Assembly: GCA_000004985.1 (NCBI GenBank)
Contig: GG738928.1
Length of the DNA stretch: 64,000 nt
Source of the DNA: Naegleria gruberi
Lineage: Eukaryota
Strand: one strand, 5' to 3'
The notes under the pieces are model-generated. The model saw nothing but the letters and a program-made list of their open reading frames with translations. It was not told the origin of the DNA and searched no databases. Positions 57,125-64,000 of this stretch are shown here, piece after piece. Made by a program: the position numbers and the translations under genes. Position 1 is the first letter of the stretch. Each line of letters opens with the position of its first letter.

Positions 57125-58862
57125 TTAAAGATATTCTTGTAAAATAGATGGTTTAAAACGTATAACAATAACCGAAATATTATCAGTACTACCCTTATCA
57201 TAGGCTAATTCACGTAAAGTAATAGAGGCTTGAACAGGATCATTTTCATATCTGACACTTGTTACAACTTCCTCCTCACTAACATAATCCCATAAACCAT
57301 CACAAGCTACAACAATAAATTCATCTCTATCAAACATAAAATCCATAACCATTGTACTTGCATCTGATATAATATAGGGATGAAGTGATTTATCACCAAT
57401 TGCTCTCGTAATTGCTAAACATGCATTAACACGATTACCATATATAGTACCACCTGCATCTTTAACTCTTCTACGTTCATCAATTTCACTTGGTCTATGA
57501 TCAACTGTTAATCTAATAGGTTCACCACTTCTACATAATACAATTCTAGAATCACCTACATTACCAATATAGGCTATTTTTTCATCTATATATGGTATAT
57601 ATATAATTGAGGCTGTACTTCCATCTCTATCATTTCCTTTACATACATTTTCATTAATTTCTAAAAATGTTTCACGTATTAAAAGTGGAATTACTTCACG
57701 TTTTGAAAGTGAATGTAAACAAATTTCATCAATTGATTCTTCTGTTGTTTTTTGTTCTCTTTCTTTATATTTTAAATGTTCTCTCAATTTACATAATAAT
57801 AAATTACTCTTTTCAATAGCTAATTCAATCAATTCTGAATATCTCATTGTATATATTTCTTCTCTTTCTTTTTCATTTAATAATCCATAATAACTTTCTA
57901 TATTTATATTATTTAATATTGAACTTAAATCATATGAATCATTATATCCATTCTTATGAGAATTATTAGAATTATACATATTATGAGAATGATTCATATT
58001 AGAATTATTCATATTAACATCTAAATCTTGTAATAATTTCTTAATATCTAAAAATTGTTCATAAATATTTAATTTTTCCTTAAATAAAACATGTAAATGT
58101 TCAGAAACATATTTAGAAGTATTTGAACCAACATGTCCATCACTTGTTATCTAATTGAGCATAATCATGTTGTCTAAATGTTAATTCACATACAAGTGCA
58201 TCTTCCATTGTTGATCTTCTTCCTTGTTTTTCAGCATAACCTGATAATAACCAATCATTTTCTAATAATTCAGATTGAATAGGTTCAACACGTTGTTGAT
58301 TACCTTTGTTTTTTTGTGCACGTCTATCAGCCTTTCTTTGATTCCTTTGTGAAGCCATTCTTTCTATAGCTTCATAGGTTTGACTACTTGGTGATGATGA
58401 TTGTAATGTTGTATTATTACTACTAATCACTGTTATTGTTTGTGAATGTGTTGTTGTTGTTGGTGATGATGAAGAGGATGAAGAGGATGAAGAGGATGAT
58501 GAAGTAGATGAAGATGATGAGGCTACTGATGATAATGATAGATTTATATTTTTAGGCTTTGTTTTAGGTGAATCATCGGAAATTGTTGGTGAATCAATGA
58601 GTGGTGAATCACTATCCATTAATGATGATGATGAAGAAGAAGATGAATTAGTATCAATAGTTGTAACTGATGGAGAATCATCAGTAATAATAACATTATT
58701 TGGTGATTGATCAAATATTTCCTCATTATTATTCTTGTTATTAACTCCTTCCATTATATTAATAATGAGTGGTGATTTTGCATCGGCAGAATCTTCTATC
58801 AGTTGATTAAAATTTAAATTAATATTATCATTGTTGGGTCCTTTCTTTTTGCTTTCATTCAT
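57125..58862 (-). CDS. Protein phosphatase 2C (PP2C/PPM) with a long Ser-rich N-terminal extension. There is an apparent +1 frame break near 58140 between the ...RRSTMEDA... and DGHVG motifs.
   Basis: The upstream ORF ends ...GYAEKQGRRSTMEDALVCELTFRQHDYAQLDNK*. The downstream ORF, re-translated here in the +1 frame, begins DGHVGSNTSKYVSEHL... and continues through GNVGDSR and DG..D to the stop. The two ORFs are the two halves of one PP2C domain. Confidence 0.65.
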
Positions 58863-58981
58863 TTTTTTATTTTGAATTTAATTTTTATATTTGATTTATC
58901 TCGTTAACACAATTCGAACAATTCTAAGTACGACGATGAGCAAATAAGAAAATCATTTTAATAAACAAAAATTGTAAAAAT

Positions 58982-60541
58982 TTACAAAGATTCATAGGCA
59001 CTACCAGTAGTACTACTTGTTGGATCGACTGTAGATAATTGGAAGTACTTTCTTGCCAATTGATACCACAAAGCAATGAACATGACAAGATATGAAATCA
59101 AGTCAATTGAAAGAGATAAACCTTCAATCCATTTAGCTCTATGTGAAACTGGAATAGCAAATGAAATTGAAACAATGAGTGGTAAACTAATGAACCATAA
59201 ACTATATAATAAACCAATAACCTTATAGAATACCTTCTTCAATTTGTTAGTTTCTTCTTGATGAGTCTTGAATAAAACAAAGATAAAGAAAGCCATAGCA
59301 GGAATTCTCATAACACTAATAATAATACCTGGAATAGTATCATAAATATAATCTTCAGTATTAACAACAAATATTAATTCAATTTGAGCCCAAGCATATA
59401 AAGCAATATAGAAAACACCAAAGAAAATCCAAACACCAACAGTTTGTTTAAAGTAACGAATATATGAAGTAGTAATAGTCCAACCAGAAGCAAGTAAATA
59501 TAACAAGACTAACATTAAAAAGTCACCTAATAATTTAAGACCAACTGCCAAATCATCAAAGAATGGAATACCAACACCATCAGCTCCATAAACAAACAAG
59601 TGAATCATTTCAACAACTCTACCCAACCAATAAACAACTAAACTTGAATAAAAAACTCTAATAATTAAATGGAATGATTTGTGTCTAATCAATTGAACAA
59701 TTGAAATAATATAAGCAAATACCATAATTGTATAAAATGGAACAAAAGCAATATGAACTTCAAGAATACCTTGTCTATCCTTAGAGAATTGCTTAGTAAA
59801 GAAACCACCTGGATTAGTCCATTTGAAATCCAATTCAATATATTCTGGACCAGAATCTGTAACTTCTCTTTCACAAGCATCCAAAGCCATATACCATGTG
59901 TGAATACTAGCTGATTCATCAATCAAAATACTAAATTCAGGATAAGTATCAAGTGGGAATGTTTGTTTAGCAAACTTTCTCAGATGTGTGCAATTAACCT
60001 TTCCATTGTTTGAATTAATATAATTTTGCAAGGCTGGCCAATAACCAGATTCATCATCATATAACGAAACATAGAGATTTTTAAGAGCAGTTGGATCTTG
60101 TTTCTTAATATTATTTCTATTCAATTGTTATTATTATTATTGTTATGGTGATGATAGTAAAAAGAATTATGGTCGGTGGTAAGTGTTTGATCAAAAGGAA
60201 TTAGATTTTTTGATGAACCGAGATTTATAATCGGATGATGATGATGACGATAATAATTAACATATAAATTCGAATACAGCAGAGCGGAAGGTTAAATGAT
60301 GAAATAATATTAATAGTAAACATATTTGTGAGTTTAAATATACTTACAATTGCCAAGTAATATAACCTGGTTCCTTCATACCCATGTTATCAAAAACAAA
60401 TGAATCCAACCAAATCCATTGATGATTCAATGATTGTTTTTCAAAAGTAAAAGTGGTGAGTTTACCTTCAACAACACTATAAATTTGCAACAAAACCACA
60501 AGCGCTAAAAACACGCCAATAATCTTTGAGGCTGGTTTCAT
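58982..60541 (-). CDS. 7TM protein with a cleavable signal peptide and ~150-aa luminal N-domain (LUSTR/GPR107/GPR180-like topology). Two exons (60348..60541, 58982..60116), 231-nt intron.
   Basis: The signal peptide exon is MKPASKIIGVFLALVVLLQIYSVVEG. The donor CAATT|GTAAGT and acceptor AATAG are in phase. Seven predicted TM helices follow. Confidence 0.5.
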
Positions 60542-61319
60542 TTTTTTTCTAATTCACAAAGGAGGTCACACAGCAACAACTCCTCACAACAGCGCTGAAA
60601 CTCACAAGTAAGCGAGAAATGGAAAGCTTATTTGTTGTTATCATTTCAAACATCAACAATATGACCTTCCGTTTACAAGATCATTTAGGAACAATATCAA
60701 TGGTACATGCAATATCTTTCCTAAATGATGATAATAACAAAAGGTGTGAAAATTAAAGAATCTTTTTATCAACCATACGATAGTCGTTGATGGAATATTA
60801 CAAAAATTTTTGATAAGGGGCGATATCTTGCATGTTTTGATTCCATTAAGGATACATGGAATGTTCCACATTGTTATTAAAAACAATAATTAACCAAACT
60901 TCTCAAAATATTTATATTAACCTATATTCCTTGTAGTGTTAACAGATTTTCATTGTAGAAATCAAATAGAAATTGAATGGGGCAAAGATTCTCTCTGTTA
61001 TAATAATAACTATCAACATCAATAGAGTACAAAACTTCATGAAATCAAATCTCCTCATGTATTCATGTAAAAATTATATATTCTCATCTCTCATAATAGT
61101 AATCATAAAGAAATCATCTCCTCAATTCAATCATAGTCTACACTCCTCTTAAAGATAAACTTTCCCGCCAAAATCTTGTGTAGGAGTTTGATTAAAAAAA
61201 AATCTAAACATCACCTGCTCTGTTACACGTGACAGTTTTTTAATTACTACCATATCCATGTATGTGTTTTTTAAAGATATCCTATTATTTATACAATCAA
61301 TATGAATAGATAACACAAA

Positions 61320-62552
61320 ATGGCTAAAAAGAAGAATAATAATAAGAATAAGAATTCAGCCTCTTCGGCAACAACACCAGTTTCACCAGTGAGTGAAGTC
61401 AGTGAGGATAATAGTATTGAAGAAACTGTTACATCATCAACAACAATGGAAGAGGAACAAACAGTATCAACAACAACTCAAGAATCTACAATTGATGAAG
61501 CCTCCACAATAACTTCTACCACTGAACAACAAGAAGAAGAAGAAGCCTCTGATAAAATTCAACAACCTGAAGAAGTAAATTCATCATCTACAACAACAGC
61601 CATTGTTACTGAAGGAATACCAACAACTAACACTGTTGAAACATCTGATTCTATTACTACTACTAATACTAATACTACTACTATTGATAATAACATTCCA
61701 ACAAGTAGTACAACAACAACAACAATTGAAGAAGAAGAAGAAAAAACAAATCAAAAAAGTGAAGAAGAAATTATAACAGAAGAAATTGAAAAATTAAAAG
61801 AAGATTTAACTGATCGTGTTAAAGTAGTAAGAGAAGAATTAGAATTACAATATGAAATTGAAATTAAAAAATTACAAATTGATCATCAAGAATCTTTAAA
61901 AAAACAATTAGATTTATATGAAAATAAGATTAATTCACTTGTTGAAACTCATAAATATGAAATTGAACAATTAAATGCTCAATTAAAACAAAAAGATGAA
62001 GAAAATTTAAATGAATTGGAAAATATTAAATTATTAGAAATTAAATTACAAGATCAATTAAATGAAAATAATTCTAAAGATTTAATAATTAATAATTTAA
62101 ATAATAATATTGAAAATTTAAATAATAATATTAATAATTTAAAAAATGAAATTGAAATTAAAAAATCTGAATTAAAAGAAAAAAATGAAAATTCAAATGA
62201 ATTAAATGAAACTATTAAAAAACATTTAGAAAAAATTCAAAATTTAGAAAGAGAAGAATTAAATTCATTACAAAAAATTAATCATTTAAATCAACAATTA
62301 AAAACAACAAGTGAAAAGAATTCTGAATATGAAAATAGAATTTTACAATTAGAAGAAGAATTAAAATCACAAAAAGAAAATGAAACAATTATTTTACATA
62401 AATATTATCATCATGCTTTATTAGCTGTAAAATTAACTTTATCAAATATTAATTTTTCAGTTCCAGATTTGTTAGATGATTGTATTAAAGAACAAGTTAA
62501 AGAAGAAGATTTAGATTCTTGGATTACAAAGAAATTAGAATTACAAAATTAA
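61320..62552 (+). CDS. Coiled-coil protein with a Ser/Thr/Glu-rich N-terminus, 410 aa
   Basis: ATG ORF. Long heptad-rich ELKEK/NNLNN segment. Extreme A/T third-position codon usage. Confidence 0.5.
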   Translation: MAKKKNNNKNKNSASSATTPVSPVSEVSEDNSIEETVTSSTTMEEEQTVSTTTQESTIDEASTITSTTEQQEEEEASDKIQQPEEVNSSSTTTAIVTEGIPTTNTVETSDSITTTNTNTTTIDNNIPTSSTTTTTIEEEEEKTNQKSEEEIITEEIEKLKEDLTDRVKVVREELELQYEIEIKKLQIDHQESLKKQLDLYENKINSLVETHKYEIEQLNAQLKQKDEENLNELENIKLLEIKLQDQLNENNSKDLIINNLNNNIENLNNNINNLKNEIEIKKSELKEKNENSNELNETIKKHLEKIQNLEREELNSLQKINHLNQQLKTTSEKNSEYENRILQLEEELKSQKENETIILHKYYHHALLAVKLTLSNINFSVPDLLDDCIKEQVKEEDLDSWITKKLELQN

Positions 62553-63144
62553 ATATTTTAATATTTATAATTATAAATAAAAAAAAACAATTTAAATTAT
62601 TAAATCATAATGTGTTTTAAATTGTTGTTGATGAAGAAGAATATTTCAAAAGTTTAAATTATTATTAAATAAATTATTAATCAATTTTATCGTTCATTTA
62701 TTTGATCATCAGATTCATAACCAGATAATTGATTTAATTGATTATTATTATTTGGAAGTATAATTTCATTTAAAATTGTATTTAATTGATATTTTAATTC
62801 ATCTTTAAATTGTTGTTGATTTATAATATTTGAATTATTATTTAAATTATTATTTAAATTATTTAATTTAAATTCAATTAAATGATTTAAAATATTTTTT
62901 AAAAAAGCATGATCATTTCCATGTAAAGAAATAAATAAATTATTAAATAATTCTAATAAATTATTATTTAAATCAATATTACTATATATATTAATTAAAG
63001 TACGTAACCATAAATCTAATTCATCTTGAGATGAACAACTCCATTCACTAATTTCACCATTTATAGTTTTAATTTCAAATCTAAATTTTAAATCATTATT
63101 TTCATTTTGTAATCTTTTTATACTTGTTATACTATTTATATCTA

Positions 63145-63990
63145 TTATATTATATTTGGAATTTGAATCATTTCTATAATATAATTTACTTCTTTTAATT
63201 TTAACTTTGGTTTTTTGATATCCAATTCCATTTTTACGTTTTTTAAATAAATTCCTTTTAAATCATATTTAATTATATTTTCATTTTTTTTAAAATTATT
63301 AAAATTATTATTATTTAAATTATTACTATTTATATTATTATTATTTATATTAATAATTGTATTTCTTGTTTGTTGTAAATTATTATCACTAATAGTTTGT
63401 CTATGAGTATTAAATTCATTATTTTTAATTTCCGTAATTGGAGATTGTGGTGATAAATTTTCAATTTTTAAAATTGCATTTGATCTTTTTTTAACTATTT
63501 TTTTATGTTCCTGTATTATCTTGTTATCTACTGCTTCATTTCCTATATTTGTAGATGAAGAAGATGGTGGTGATGAATATTCTTCTTCTTCTTCTTCTTC
63601 TTTTTGATTTAAATTTAAATAACTTGGTAAATTAGATGGAAAACTAGCAGATAAACGTGAATTATTTAAATTATTATTTAAAGATGATGATGATGGTAGT
63701 GATGAATTATTATGAATAACAGAAAGTACTTTTTTAACTTTTCTAATAATAATTGGATTATTACTTGTTGATGTTGATGATGATGTTATTAAATTAGTAT
63801 TAGTATTATTATCTATTGTATCATCATCATCATTATCTAATATTATTGTAGATGATGTTGTTATATTATTAGTATTATTTATATTATCATAATGTTGATT
63901 GTTATTATCATTGTTACTAGAAGAATGAGAATCTGTATGTTCTTCTTCTTCTTGTGTTATTAATTGTCTTGTTGTAATTGTATCATTCAT
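63145..63990 (-). CDS. Asn/Ser-rich low-complexity protein (281 aa); gene possibly incomplete or with further exons
   Basis: ATG at 63990. Poly-N/poly-E tracts; no recognisable domain. Confidence 0.35.
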   Translation of the reverse strand: MNDTITTRQLITQEEEEHTDSHSSSNNDNNNQHYDNINNTNNITTSSTIILDNDDDDTIDNNTNTNLITSSSTSTSNNPIIIRKVKKVLSVIHNNSSLPSSSSLNNNLNNSRLSASFPSNLPSYLNLNQKEEEEEEEYSSPPSSSSTNIGNEAVDNKIIQEHKKIVKKRSNAILKIENLSPQSPITEIKNNEFNTHRQTISDNNLQQTRNTIININNNNINSNNLNNNNFNNFKKNENIIKYDLKGIYLKNVKMELDIKKPKLKLKEVNYIIEMIQIPNII

Positions 63991-64000
63991 TTGTGTGTTT

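Noticed and set aside
58100-58200. Programmed +1 ribosomal frameshifting (Euplotes-like) to explain the PP2C and mucin frame breaks
   Set aside because: TAA/TAG/TGA all serve as ordinary stops in this window. The shift sites differ (one +1, one -1 at the F-box locus) and lack a common slippery motif. Indel error or pseudogenisation is more parsimonious.
1-64000. Possibility that the window is prokaryotic and encodes a defence/operon-type system
   Set aside because: Spliceosomal introns with GTAAGT...AG, eukaryotic tRNA genes, poly-A leaders before ATGs, and exclusively eukaryotic gene content (Arp2/3, ESCRT, CBP20, eIF4E, TKL kinase) rule this out.

Overview
This is a 64 kb stretch of a eukaryotic nuclear genome, not a prokaryotic locus. 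The evidence is very short spliceosomal introns (35-100 nt, GTAAGT...AG), two tRNA genes, A-rich leaders immediately before each ATG, poly-Asn/Ser/Thr tracts, and the gene content: hybrid histidine kinase, TKL receptor kinase, Arp2/3 and ESCRT subunits, eIF4E, and RGS-coupled 7TM receptors. It most resembles an AT-rich amoebozoan of the dictyostelid type; the species is not determinable from the sequence. Many 'M' starts in the supplied ORF track are alternative starts (TTG/GTG), so gene models were re-derived from ATGs and splice signals. The window holds about 30 protein-coding genes on both strands; the clearest calls are listed here. The 3' end of a RasGEF gene sits at the left edge. A large adhesion-GPCR-like receptor carries an RGS tail. 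A second 7TM-RGS gene follows. A receptor kinase has Pmp/beta-helix repeats and a 6-nt microexon. There is a tandem pair of eIF4E genes. There is also a mitochondrial-type TyrRS, a GATase1-like gene, a hybrid histidine kinase, ubiquitin-like remnants, CBP20, a giant repeat-built mucin, Vps37, ARPC1, a WD40 gene (WRAP53-like?), a HAT/RRM protein, several F-box/LRR genes, and an E2-LRR fusion. A PP2C gene has an internal frameshift. A LUSTR-like 7TM gene and several low-complexity genes complete the set. Two scaffold gaps (N runs) are present. Codon usage and AT content change sharply across the second gap near 55.3 kb. No prokaryotic defence or mobile system is supported. The noteworthy items are unusual eukaryotic domain architectures (GAIN/GPS-7TM-RGS, UBC-LRR), structural oddities (microexon, frameshifts, higher-order repeats), and possible assembly problems.
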